From Bdellovibrionales bacterium (GTDB lineage: Bacteria; Bdellovibrionota; Bdellovibrionia; Bdellovibrionales; UBA1609), in assembly GCA_041690295.1 (NCBI GenBank), contig JAWLHR010000014.1, positions 19,664 through 83,663 on the forward strand: a stretch of 64,000 bases of DNA. The letters are read 5' to 3'. Positions 9,124 to 18,138 of the stretch are shown piece after piece; position 1 is the stretch's first letter, and each line of letters begins with the position of its first letter. Made by a program: the position numbers and the translations under genes. The notes under the pieces were generated by a model. That model had not been told where the DNA came from and made no database searches. It saw only the letters and a list, made by a program, of their open reading frames with translations.

Positions 9124-11223
9124 TTAAGGAAATTCACTTTCAATCCACTCTATAAAACTACTTTTTGTCAGAACCTCGGGCAACACGGTTCCTTCCGGAT
9201 TGCGCGGCGAGAAAAGAACATAGAAAGGAACGCCGACACGTTGATAACGGTCAAGAAAACGCGTGATTTCCTCGCTTCTTTGTGTCCAATCGCCTTTAAC
9301 CTGAACCACATTCTTCTTTTTCAGCAGATCTTGAATCTCCGGGTCACTAAAGACCAGTTTTTCATTCACCTTACAGGTCAAACACCAATCGGCCGTCATG
9401 TTCACAAAAACGTTTTGGTCTTTAAGTTCGTTTAAAAGATTAAAGGAAAATGGCTTCCAATCGCCTTGAGCGACTTCAGAAGATTCACCCGAAGTCGAAC
9501 TTGATGATTTATTATGGACATATCCTAAAAGGACCGCAAGAACTCCGGCGGCGATCAGACCCGCCGATTTTCGAGGCGGCCGCATGAGCACGAAGAGCAG
9601 AATCACCCCACAGCCGACCAAGACAGCCGCCACCGGACCGGGACTGGCCACCTGTCTAAGTACCCAAAGCAACCAAGCCACCGTAAGTAGGAGCGGGATG
9701 GCCATGAGTTGTTTAAGCCGGATCATCCATGGGCCCGGTTTTGGCAAAATGCGAATCAGGCCCGGGTGCACGGTGATCACCAAATAGGGAAACGCCAATC
9801 CCAAACCCAAGGTCAAAAAGATCGCCAGTAGGATGGGAACGGGTTGCGAAATGCCGAACCCAAGGGCCACACCCATGAAAGGTGCCGTGCATGGCGAGGC
9901 CACGACCACCGCCAACACTCCGGTGAAGAAGGAACCCCAGGCACCGCCCAGCCTTGTCCAGCGATGTCCGAGATTGGCGCTTAACAAATCAATTTCAAAA
10001 ATCCCGATCAGATTTAGCGCGAGGGCGAAAAACAACCAGCAAAGAAAGGTCAGAAAGATCGCCGACTGCAATTGAAATCCCCAACCGATTAAATGTCCGG
10101 CGGAACGAAGGCCGGAAAGCACCAGCGCGATCAAGGCGAAAGAAAGCATGACTCCCGCCGTGTAAGCGAGATTTTGTTTGCGGATTTCTCTGCGATCCGA
10201 ATCGGCGATTTTGAGAAGACTCAGAAGTTTGATCGAAAGAACAGGAAACACACAAGGCATCAGGTTCAAAATCAATCCGCCCAGAAACGCGGAAAGCAGC
10301 ATGATCAACGTGTGCATCAGCTCTTTTGACTCAGGAAGTTGCTCCGTGAATTTCCATCCTGGATCACCGAATTGCCATGCTTCGATTTTGCCGCTTTCTG
10401 AATCACGACTGACCAACACGCCGATCCGATCAGCGCCCACCGCGGGAACCTTGGAGCGCTTAAGCTTGAGCACCAAAGGGTTCGACCCTCTGGCCGTCGC
10501 TTGTTCGTTGCTCACTCCGCTGCCGCGGAAGGGAAAAAAATCAATGAACTGGCGGCCCGCGGTCCACATGGGAATTTCAAGCCGCATATCCTGCTCGGCT
10601 TCGACGAAACGAAGTCCATGATCCTCGATCACCTTGGGCAACCGCGCGCGAGTCTCCTGGAACAATTGAAAGTGCTCGCCGGGTTTGACCTCTTCCAAGT
10701 TGCCTATGGGAAGATCCAACCTGAAGGTATCGATCGCGGGAATGCAGACTTCGTCGCAAACCAGCCACTCGGCATCCACCGCGACTTTGGCGGTTTGCCC
10801 GGGAAGCGCCTTGCGATCGATTTCAATTTCAATGGGAAACAGAACTTCATCAAAGTAAGCGAAAGAAACCAAAGACGAACTGACCTTGCGGGTCGGCACC
10901 GGCATGTGCACGGCTTTGACTTTGATCTCAGGGCCGTTTTTAAAATCCAGACGGATCGGTGCGCCGGAATCTCCCGGGTTCACCCAATAGGTGTGCCACT
11001 TGTCAACCAAGGTGATGTAAAGACCGACATAGGCCGTCGCACCGGGCGGCGCCGCGGTTGTTTCACTGATCAGCTTTCCGGTTGTGAATTTGCGCCAGGA
11101 TGAAAAATCCTTGGCGGTCTCTTGCTCAGCCGCGGACTCCGCGGCGGTGGCGCTGACAAAACAAATCGCCAACAGACTCGCGAAACAGAGATTTTTAATT
11201 GAAGTGAAAAATTCTTTCACCAT
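9124..11223 (-). CDS. dsbD: Protein-disulfide reductase DsbD family
   Basis: N-domain WHTYWVNPGDSG and CDEVC; TM domain LMPCVFP and SPCTAP; C-terminal thioredoxin WCLTC. Confidence 0.9.
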   Translation of the reverse strand: MVKEFFTSIKNLCFASLLAICFVSATAAESAAEQETAKDFSSWRKFTTGKLISETTAAPPGATAYVGLYITLVDKWHTYWVNPGDSGAPIRLDFKNGPEIKVKAVHMPVPTRKVSSSLVSFAYFDEVLFPIEIEIDRKALPGQTAKVAVDAEWLVCDEVCIPAIDTFRLDLPIGNLEEVKPGEHFQLFQETRARLPKVIEDHGLRFVEAEQDMRLEIPMWTAGRQFIDFFPFRGSGVSNEQATARGSNPLVLKLKRSKVPAVGADRIGVLVSRDSESGKIEAWQFGDPGWKFTEQLPESKELMHTLIMLLSAFLGGLILNLMPCVFPVLSIKLLSLLKIADSDRREIRKQNLAYTAGVMLSFALIALVLSGLRSAGHLIGWGFQLQSAIFLTFLCWLFFALALNLIGIFEIDLLSANLGHRWTRLGGAWGSFFTGVLAVVVASPCTAPFMGVALGFGISQPVPILLAIFLTLGLGLAFPYLVITVHPGLIRILPKPGPWMIRLKQLMAIPLLLTVAWLLWVLRQVASPGPVAAVLVGCGVILLFVLMRPPRKSAGLIAAGVLAVLLGYVHNKSSSSTSGESSEVAQGDWKPFSFNLLNELKDQNVFVNMTADWCLTCKVNEKLVFSDPEIQDLLKKKNVVQVKGDWTQRSEEITRFLDRYQRVGVPFYVLFSPRNPEGTVLPEVLTKSSFIEWIESEFP

Positions 11224-12529
11224 GGAATGCCCCCAAAATCCGACCTGGCAATTTGGCCCCTACAAAACAACTGTTTTTGGAAAGGCTCGAAATGTCATCT
11301 ACTTTGTATTCGAATTCTGGAGCATGAACATCGACCAATACCGCATGAAATTTCGCTCCCGGCGTGAACGCACCGAACTCCGCCGGCAACCGAAGGAAAT
11401 TCGCCGGCCGCCGCGAGAAAACTTCCACAAACCTCTGCGGCGTCAGCCATCCTTTTCTCAAACCGAAAATCAAAACATGAAGCGTGGTCTCAAGTCCCAA
11501 CGTGCCGAAGGCCACTTGATCGAAATGGCCCTTTTTCATCGCTTCCTCATGGGGCGCGTGATCCGTGGCCACGAAATCCAAAACGCCGTCGCTCAATGCC
11601 TGCCAGAGCGCTTGTTGATCTTCGGGAGACCGGATCGGCGGATTCATTTTGAACGAGGTGTTGGAGCCATCAATGGTCTCCGTATTAAAAAATAAGTGGT
11701 GAGGCGTCACTTCTGCGGTGACGTTCAAACCTTCATCCTTGGCTTGCCGAACCAACTCCAACGTGTGCCGGCTGGAAACATGCAAAACGTGGTAGCGCGC
11801 GCCCGGATGTTTGCGAAGTTCACGCAAATCGCGCTCAACCATTTTCCATTCCGGTTCATCCGGATACGGTTTGGCGCCGACTTTCTCCTGCACAGGACCC
11901 GGCGCCAACGATCCCCCGTGACCCAAGAACTCCGCATGCTGCAGAAGGGGGACACCAAGTGATTCCAGCCGCGCGAAGGCTTGCTCCATGACGGAATCGT
12001 CCAACACGCCGAGACCGTCGTTCGTGAAGGCGCGCACGCCGGCCTTCACCAATTCCTCATAAGCCGTGGGCTCCTTGCTGTTGAGCCGTTTAGTGATCGC
12101 CGCCGACCAGAAAACCTTGAGGCCGAATTCGTACTCGAGATCGGCCACTTCTTTTCGGCCCATTTCCAAGGCCTCAATGGAATCAATTGTGGGCTGCGTG
12201 TTCGGCATGGTGAGCACGGCCGAATATCCGCCCTTAAGGGCGGCGGTTAAGCCGGTGCGAGGAGTTTCTTTATGGGACTGACCAGGAACGCGAAGATGAG
12301 TTTGGGCATCCACGCCGGCGGGCATCAGGACGTGCCCGCCACCGTCGATCACTTCCGCTTTCGACGGCGTTGAGGGATTAATTGCCGTGAACAAACCGTT
12401 TTCGACTAAGACCCGGGCGTTCGGAATGACCTCACGATCGGTCCAGACCTTAATATTCTCGATGATGTAGTCGGATTTATTTTCCCGCGTCACCGGAGAG
12501 AAGCTAACACGCCCCTCCTCGGGGCGCAA
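11195..12529 (-). CDS. pyrC: Dihydroorotase (start uncertain)
   Basis: DAQTHLRVPG, MPNT, HAE, HVS, EVTPHHL, KMNPPIR, ATDHAPH. Confidence 0.88.
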   Translation of the reverse strand: MRPEEGRVSFSPVTRENKSDYIIENIKVWTDREVIPNARVLVENGLFTAINPSTPSKAEVIDGGGHVLMPAGVDAQTHLRVPGQSHKETPRTGLTAALKGGYSAVLTMPNTQPTIDSIEALEMGRKEVADLEYEFGLKVFWSAAITKRLNSKEPTAYEELVKAGVRAFTNDGLGVLDDSVMEQAFARLESLGVPLLQHAEFLGHGGSLAPGPVQEKVGAKPYPDEPEWKMVERDLRELRKHPGARYHVLHVSSRHTLELVRQAKDEGLNVTAEVTPHHLFFNTETIDGSNTSFKMNPPIRSPEDQQALWQALSDGVLDFVATDHAPHEEAMKKGHFDQVAFGTLGLETTLHVLIFGLRKGWLTPQRFVEVFSRRPANFLRLPAEFGAFTPGAKFHAVLVDVHAPEFEYKVDDISSLSKNSCFVGAKLPGRILGAFHGERIFHFN

Positions 12530-13174
12530 TTAACGAGGCGCGGTTTCCTGCAGAAGCCAGGAGGCCAAGTCCCTCTTGCTCGGGTCATCGGACACCGAGA
12601 AGGAGTTCTTCCACATATCCAACTGGAAGGTGAGATTCTGATAGTCCGCTTGAGTCATGCCCTGAACTTGGGGCGCGTTCTTGAAACTATCCACCATACA
12701 ACCCGCCTTGCGCCACATTTCTTCAATAGTCTGCGGTTGAGCATTAAGGCAGAGACGAACGAAATCAGCACTCACACCCTCGAAGCAATTCCGGGTCACG
12801 CCCACAATGCCACAGGCCGGGGAGGACATCGTGGAAGGAACGGAAACGTCCATGCTAAATTTGCAATATACGTCACGCTTCCCGATCCCGCGAAGGATGT
12901 TTTCCTCGTCTTTAATGTCGGTGAAAGTAATGTTTTGGGCGCTCGGGTTCTGTCTCTGAACCACTTGCACGTACTCTTGACAAAGAGCATCGCTAATCCG
13001 GCGGGCGCCTTTATTCACCAGGATCCAGCCGGTGTTCACCGTTTTAATTTCCTTAGGGTGAGAGGGGTGCGCACAGGTTCCATACTCCACCTGGTAGCTG
13101 GGGTTACAGGTCTCCTGAGCGGAAGCGAAACCGGGCAAAAATACAGCTAAAGCCAATAAAACCATAGGGCGCAT
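12530..13174 (-). CDS. Secreted Cys-rich hypothetical protein
   Basis: Start reassigned to ATG 13174, which has a GGAGG RBS; signal MRPMVLLALAVFLPGFASA; 8 Cys. Confidence 0.75.
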   Translation of the reverse strand: MRPMVLLALAVFLPGFASAQETCNPSYQVEYGTCAHPSHPKEIKTVNTGWILVNKGARRISDALCQEYVQVVQRQNPSAQNITFTDIKDEENILRGIGKRDVYCKFSMDVSVPSTMSSPACGIVGVTRNCFEGVSADFVRLCLNAQPQTIEEMWRKAGCMVDSFKNAPQVQGMTQADYQNLTFQLDMWKNSFSVSDDPSKRDLASWLLQETAPR

Positions 13175-13205
13175 GAAATCCTCCAATTGGTACGCGCTGG
13201 GGAAC

Positions 13206-13221
13206 TGCAATGGATATGCCC
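13206..13221 (-). promoter_or_regulatory. Sigma54-type promoter
   Basis: Minus strand GGGCAT-ATCCA-TTGCA has GG-N10-GC spacing, about 30 nt before ATG 13174. Confidence 0.6.
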
Positions 13222-13391
13222 GTTTTAAGTCACGCTTTCTTGACTTCATGCCTAAATCATTTAGAAAAAGTTCCCAAGCGATCTTTTTTTGAACATGTGC
13301 TCGTAGCTCAGCTGGATAGAGTGTCGCCCTCCGAAGGCGAAGGTCAGGCGTTCGAATCGCCTCGAGCACACCATTTTTTAAAGCCCTGATT

Positions 13392-13961
13392 ATGCTGGCG
13401 ATCCGCACTCTCGAACTCAATGACCTCCCGGAGCTGAAGCGATTCACGGATAAGGAAATCGGCGAAGGTTATTATTCGTCAGCCGAACTCGAAGACATCT
13501 TTCAAAGATCCAGCTCAAACGGGATCATGTGCTCGCTCGTTTTGGTGGACCGTGAAAACAGCGAAATCCTTGGCGTTCGCATTTCCTATCCACCGGGACA
13601 CTGGCGCCACGGCAAGGGCCATGGCTTGGTTCCCGAAAAATGGCCACACTCAATCGACCAAACCGCTTATTTTCAGTCCCTCTTCCTCGCATCCTCGGTT
13701 CAAGGTCAAGGTTGGGGCGGAAAGCTTTCGCGGGAAAGTTTAATTAGGCTTAAGGAAGCGGGCGCCAAAGGCGTTGTTTGCCATTCTTGGAAGGAGAGTC
13801 CCCACAACTCATCCACGAGGTATTTGCAAAAGCTCGGGTTTCAGGTTGTCGCGGAACACAAAGAGTATTGGCGGGATGTCCAATATGACTGCACCCGTTG
13901 CAAGAAACCTCCCTGCAGGTGTACAGCTCTGGAAATGTATTTAAGCCTGGAAGGTACCTGA
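13392..13961 (+). CDS. GNAT family N-acetyltransferase with a C-terminal Cys cluster
   Basis: VQGQGWG acetyl-CoA motif A; YLQKLGF; CTRCKKPPCRC. Confidence 0.8.
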   Translation: MLAIRTLELNDLPELKRFTDKEIGEGYYSSAELEDIFQRSSSNGIMCSLVLVDRENSEILGVRISYPPGHWRHGKGHGLVPEKWPHSIDQTAYFQSLFLASSVQGQGWGGKLSRESLIRLKEAGAKGVVCHSWKESPHNSSTRYLQKLGFQVVAEHKEYWRDVQYDCTRCKKPPCRCTALEMYLSLEGT

Positions 13962-15130
13962 TGAGTTCGTCCTATTGGCTCGACCGCTCGCGACCCGGTG
14001 AAAAGAAAACCTATGATGCGGTTATTGTCGGAGCGGGAATTTCCGGCTTATCCACCGCTTACTGGCTGAATAAAGAAGACCCGTCATTGAATATCGCCAT
14101 CATTGAAAAATCGCGTCTCGCCTTCGGTGCGAGCGGCCGCAATGCCGGATTCATCACCTGCGGTTCGGTTGAACATTTCAATCGCATGATCAGCAAGCAT
14201 GGACTTGAACAAGCCACGGAGATCTGGCGTTTCGCCCAAGAGAACCTCCGGCTCTTAAAAGAAGAAATCATTCAAGATCAAGCGGCCGAAATTCAATTTG
14301 AACAAAACGGAGCTTACTCACTGGCGGCCCAGGAGAATGAATTCGAAGAGCTGAAGAAAGTGGCGGAGATCATGAGCGCGCTGGACATTCGCACGAAAAT
14401 TCTCGGCGAAGAGGACGTCCGTGAACATGTCGGCGCCGTGAATTTCCGAGGTGGAATTCATTATCTTGACGATGCCTCGGTCAATCCCGTGCGTTTAGTC
14501 GAACGAATGCGCGCGCGGGTGAAGGCGGATCTTTTCGAAGGTGTCGAAGCCTACCGAATTGAAGACTCTGGAGATGGAACCCGGATCTTAAAGACCGATA
14601 ACGGTGATTTCGAAGGGGCGATGATCATTCTCAATCTGAATGGTTACTCCGCCACCTTGAATCCCTACTTCGCCGATAAAATTTATCCGACCCGCGGCCA
14701 ATGTTTGATGATGGAGTCCGTGCCCCGCTTTATGGACGCCCCCTGCTACGCCAATTTCTACCTGGATTATTTTCGTCAGCTTCCGGATGGACAACTTCTC
14801 ATCGGTGGGTTCCGGCAACTGGAAAAAGAGACCGAGGTCGGCTATTCCGACCACATCACCGTGCCGATCCAAAACGCGCTTCATGAGTTCGTCAAAACCC
14901 ACCTACCCCAATTCAAAGACGCCAAAGTCACCCACCGCTGGTCTGGAGTGATGGGCTTTTCCCGTGACGGTGAGCCCCTGGTCGGCTCCTTGCCTGATGA
15001 CCCCCAGGTTTTCTTCGCCGGCGGCTATACGGCCCACGGGATCGGGCTTGCCTTCCATACAACCAAGCGCTTGGTTGATTTGATCTTTGGGCGTGAAATA
15101 CCCAAATGGCTTTCGGCCCGAAGATTCTAA
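13961..15130 (+). CDS. FAD-dependent oxidoreductase (DAO / PuuB-like)
   Basis: IVGAGISG, GASGRNAG, GYTAHG; start at ATG 13961 overlaps the GNAT stop (TGATG). Confidence 0.88.
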   Translation: MSSSYWLDRSRPGEKKTYDAVIVGAGISGLSTAYWLNKEDPSLNIAIIEKSRLAFGASGRNAGFITCGSVEHFNRMISKHGLEQATEIWRFAQENLRLLKEEIIQDQAAEIQFEQNGAYSLAAQENEFEELKKVAEIMSALDIRTKILGEEDVREHVGAVNFRGGIHYLDDASVNPVRLVERMRARVKADLFEGVEAYRIEDSGDGTRILKTDNGDFEGAMIILNLNGYSATLNPYFADKIYPTRGQCLMMESVPRFMDAPCYANFYLDYFRQLPDGQLLIGGFRQLEKETEVGYSDHITVPIQNALHEFVKTHLPQFKDAKVTHRWSGVMGFSRDGEPLVGSLPDDPQVFFAGGYTAHGIGLAFHTTKRLVDLIFGREIPKWLSARRF

Positions 15131-15192
15131 TTGACGCATCGCATATCTAAAGTGTAAAGTCACACGGCTATTTCATTGGGTAAGGGGCCGCT

Positions 15193-15978
15193 ATGAAACT
15201 CATATCATCTCTTGTTTTGTTAATCGTCATTCACTCTTCGGCTTTCGCGATGGATTTACCGTTCTTCACCGATCCCGCGCAGCCTGAGGCGCGCCCGCCG
15301 GAATCAACCCTTCGAATTCAAACTCCCCGGGGCCAGCCGATTGAACTAAATATTTATAATCCGGGAATGGCCAAAGGCGTTCTTTTCGGTCCCGGCCAAG
15401 GCTGCAATCCCCGCCGTGATATGTACGACCGCTTCGGTTCCGAGGCGGTGAAGAATGGATTCACCATGGTCAAGCTCACCTGGGCTTACTGTGTGAAGGG
15501 CGGCCCGTACGCCGGCCCGTCCGAAGACCTCGCCGATGAACGAGAGGATTTCACGACGGCACTCACTTATATGAAAGAAAATCTGGCGATCGCGCCGGAG
15601 AACACGATCATCGGCGGTAAGTCGCTTGGCACCTATGTGGCCTTCGATAAGTTCATGTCCGCTCCGGAATTGCCGGCGCTGATCCTGCTCACACCGATTT
15701 GCACCGTGAATGGGAAAAACACCTTCGCCGAATTTTATCCAGGACTCGAGAAACAAACTCGACCGGTTTACATGGCGATCGGCATGAATGATCAACTTTG
15801 TCAGGTCTCGCACTTTCACGAGTACGTCGCCGGCCACGCGAAATACTTCCGTCCTTTAATCATCGCCGGGGATCATGGGTTTCGACTCTATGATCAGCTG
15901 AGGCAGGTGAATTCCGAATTAACCGGGGCTAACATCATGGGACTCGCCCGTTGGTTATTCGGCTGGATCAATCATTAA
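15193..15978 (+). CDS. Secreted alpha/beta hydrolase
   Basis: Signal peptide; GGKSLG elbow; Asp in GMNDQLC; His in GDHGF. Confidence 0.8.
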   Translation: MKLISSLVLLIVIHSSAFAMDLPFFTDPAQPEARPPESTLRIQTPRGQPIELNIYNPGMAKGVLFGPGQGCNPRRDMYDRFGSEAVKNGFTMVKLTWAYCVKGGPYAGPSEDLADEREDFTTALTYMKENLAIAPENTIIGGKSLGTYVAFDKFMSAPELPALILLTPICTVNGKNTFAEFYPGLEKQTRPVYMAIGMNDQLCQVSHFHEYVAGHAKYFRPLIIAGDHGFRLYDQLRQVNSELTGANIMGLARWLFGWINH

Positions 15979-15979
15979 G

Positions 15980-15995
15980 CGGCACTGATTTTGAA
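15980..15995 (+). promoter_or_regulatory. Near-consensus sigma54-type promoter
   Basis: CGGCAC-TGATT-TTGAA (GA instead of GC at -12), about 45 nt before ATG 16041. Confidence 0.4.
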
Positions 15996-16040
15996 CGGTT
16001 GTGAACGATCCCAGCAACAACGAACTGAGGAGGTTCCACC

Positions 16041-16214
16041 ATGCCAAAAAAACCCAGCCTGCGCGAAAGAATCGCTCGTGCGTTCCGTCAGCTGAAATCC
16101 CGTTACACTAAAACGCCTCGGCGCAAACAGACTTTTGATCCGGTCGATGAAGCCTCACGGGAGTCTTTTCCCGCGAGTGACGCACCAGCCTGGACCGATA
16201 TGAAGCCGCTTTAA
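16041..16214 (+). CDS. 57-aa small protein with an ESFPASD motif
   Basis: Not in the ORF track. GAGGAGG RBS; translation MPKKPSLRERIARAFRQLKSRYTKTPRRKQTFDPVDEASRESFPASDAPAWTDMKPL. Confidence 0.75.
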   Translation: MPKKPSLRERIARAFRQLKSRYTKTPRRKQTFDPVDEASRESFPASDAPAWTDMKPL

Positions 16215-16235
16215 CGGGGCAAATTAGGAATCGCG

Positions 16236-17039
16236 GTGCAATGGGTCTCAAAGCTCATTGATAAGATCGCGCGCGACGGGGTCGCGACAGAGGCGGCGGC
16301 ATTGGCCTATTACACAGTCCTCTCCACCGCCCCCCTATTACTTATCCTTTACACCGTACTCTCCTCCTTGGGCTTATCTTTGCAACAACAGATCCTTAGC
16401 GGAGCGAAGGATTTGATGGGCCCACAGCCAGCGAAAACATTGGAATTCGTATTTAACTACGCGGAACGGAACCCCCTCGCCGGCCGCTTCGGTGTGGTCG
16501 CCCTTCTCTTCTCGGCCAGTGTGGTTTTTTATCAACTGCAAAACACGCTGAACCGGATCTTTAAAGTTCAGTCACAAGACAGCCTTTGGGACTATATCTG
16601 GCGCCGTTTGCGAAGCTTCGTGATGGTTCTCACCTTTGTTTTCGCCACGATCCTTTTTGTCCTTGCGACCATCACGCTCTCCTTTATCACCGACTCCTCC
16701 TTGGCGTGGTGGGGAAAACTGATTCAATTCATATCAAGTGTCGGCCTTTACACTTTGATTTTCGCTTTGATCTTTCGCTGGATGCCTGACGGCAGAGTTT
16801 CCTGGCGGGCCAGCTGGCTTGGCGGTCTCAGCACCGCGGTCATCTTCACTCTCGGCGGATCGTTGATCGGCGGCTACTTCAACCGAGTTGAACTCAGCGC
16901 GCCCTATGGCGCGGCCGGATCCATCATCGTTTTTCTCGTTTGGGCTTATGTTTCATCATTCATCATCTTAACCGGCGCGGAAATCGTGAGTCTTTTGAGC
17001 GCGCGAATCCTGAAAGGAGAACCGGCATGGAACCGTTGA
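16236..17039 (+). CDS. YihY / BrkB family membrane protein
   Basis: AAALAYYTVLS, LNRIF, YGAAGSIIVFLVW; multiple TM segments. Confidence 0.9.
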   Translation: MQWVSKLIDKIARDGVATEAAALAYYTVLSTAPLLLILYTVLSSLGLSLQQQILSGAKDLMGPQPAKTLEFVFNYAERNPLAGRFGVVALLFSASVVFYQLQNTLNRIFKVQSQDSLWDYIWRRLRSFVMVLTFVFATILFVLATITLSFITDSSLAWWGKLIQFISSVGLYTLIFALIFRWMPDGRVSWRASWLGGLSTAVIFTLGGSLIGGYFNRVELSAPYGAAGSIIVFLVWAYVSSFIILTGAEIVSLLSARILKGEPAWNR

Positions 17040-17266
17040 AATGCGAAAACTGCGGCAATATTTACGACAAAGCTTTTCAAATCATACAAAGCGGAAAAAC
17101 CCACACGTTCGACAGTTTTGAGTGCGCCATTCAAACGCTCGCCCCTCGCTGCATGCACTGTCAAACGCGGATTATCGGTCACGGTGTCGAGGAGAACGGG
17201 CACATTTTCTGTTGCGCGAACTGCGCATCCTTACACGGTCAGACCGGGTTAAGGGATCGGATCTGA
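17027..17266 (+). CDS. Prokaryotic metallothionein-like Cys-rich protein (79 aa)
   Basis: Start ATG 17027 after AGGAG; CENCGN-YDKAF, FDSFECAI, CMHC, IIGHGVE, FCCANCA. Confidence 0.8.
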   Translation: MEPLKCENCGNIYDKAFQIIQSGKTHTFDSFECAIQTLAPRCMHCQTRIIGHGVEENGHIFCCANCASLHGQTGLRDRI

Positions 17267-18138
17267 TGGCCGCACGAGGCATCTGGAAAGGCTCCATCAG
17301 TTTTGGACTGCTCAATATTCCGGTTGTCCTCCACACCGCCGAAGAAGGCCGGGAACTGCACTTTCGCCTGTTGGACAAAAGAAATATGAGACCCGTGAAA
17401 TACAAGAAAGTGAACAGTCAAACCGGCGAAGAAGTGCCCTATGAAAATATCGTCAAAGGCTTCGAGTTTGAACCCGGCCACTACGTGACCTTCACTCCCG
17501 AGGACCTAAAAGCCGTGAACCCCAAGGCCACGCAAACCATCGACGTCAAGGATTTCGTGCCAATTGAAGAAATCGACACAATGCTGTTCGAACGTCCCTA
17601 CTACCTTGTGCCGCAGAAAAGCGGGGTGAAAGGTTACGAACTCTTTCGCGACGCTCTTGCCCACTCCAAGAAAGTGGCGATCGGCACCATTGTGATCCGC
17701 ACCAAACAACATTTGGCGGCCATAATTCCCCGCGATCAGTATTTGATCCTCGAGCTTCTGCGGTTCGCGCATGAGATCAAAGAAGTTCAAGAAGCGGAAT
17801 ATTTCGAAGGGAGTAAAAAGCCGACTTACTCCAACCGTGAACTGCAGATGGCGGAAGCGTTGATCGAAGGAATGACCAGCGAGTGGGATCCCCGGCAGTA
17901 CAAAGACACTTACTATGACGAAGTCATGAAGGCTATCGAACGTAAAGTGAAAACCGGCAAAGTCACCCGCATCAGTGAAGCCGAAGAACGCGTTGAGCCC
18001 ACGACCGGAGTGGTGGATCTAGTGCCTTTGCTTAAAAAAAGTTTGGCCGAGAAAACCCGCCCCCACAAAGGTCCGCCACCCCACGGCCGGGGAAAGGGCA
18101 AGGCGCGCCATAAAGGTTCACAGAGGCAGCACGCGTGA
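17266..18138 (+). CDS. ku: NHEJ protein Ku
   Basis: IWKGSISFGLLNIPV, IVKGFE, FERPYYL, YKDTY and a basic tail; ATG 17266. Confidence 0.95.
   Translation: MAARGIWKGSISFGLLNIPVVLHTAEEGRELHFRLLDKRNMRPVKYKKVNSQTGEEVPYENIVKGFEFEPGHYVTFTPEDLKAVNPKATQTIDVKDFVPIEEIDTMLFERPYYLVPQKSGVKGYELFRDALAHSKKVAIGTIVIRTKQHLAAIIPRDQYLILELLRFAHEIKEVQEAEYFEGSKKPTYSNRELQMAEALIEGMTSEWDPRQYKDTYYDEVMKAIERKVKTGKVTRISEAEERVEPTTGVVDLVPLLKKSLAEKTRPHKGPPPHGRGKGKARHKGSQRQHA

Noticed and set aside
13175..13447. N-terminal extension of ORF 12530..13447
   Set aside because: The RBS, signal peptide and promoter all point to ATG 13174; the extension overlaps the divergent GNAT gene.
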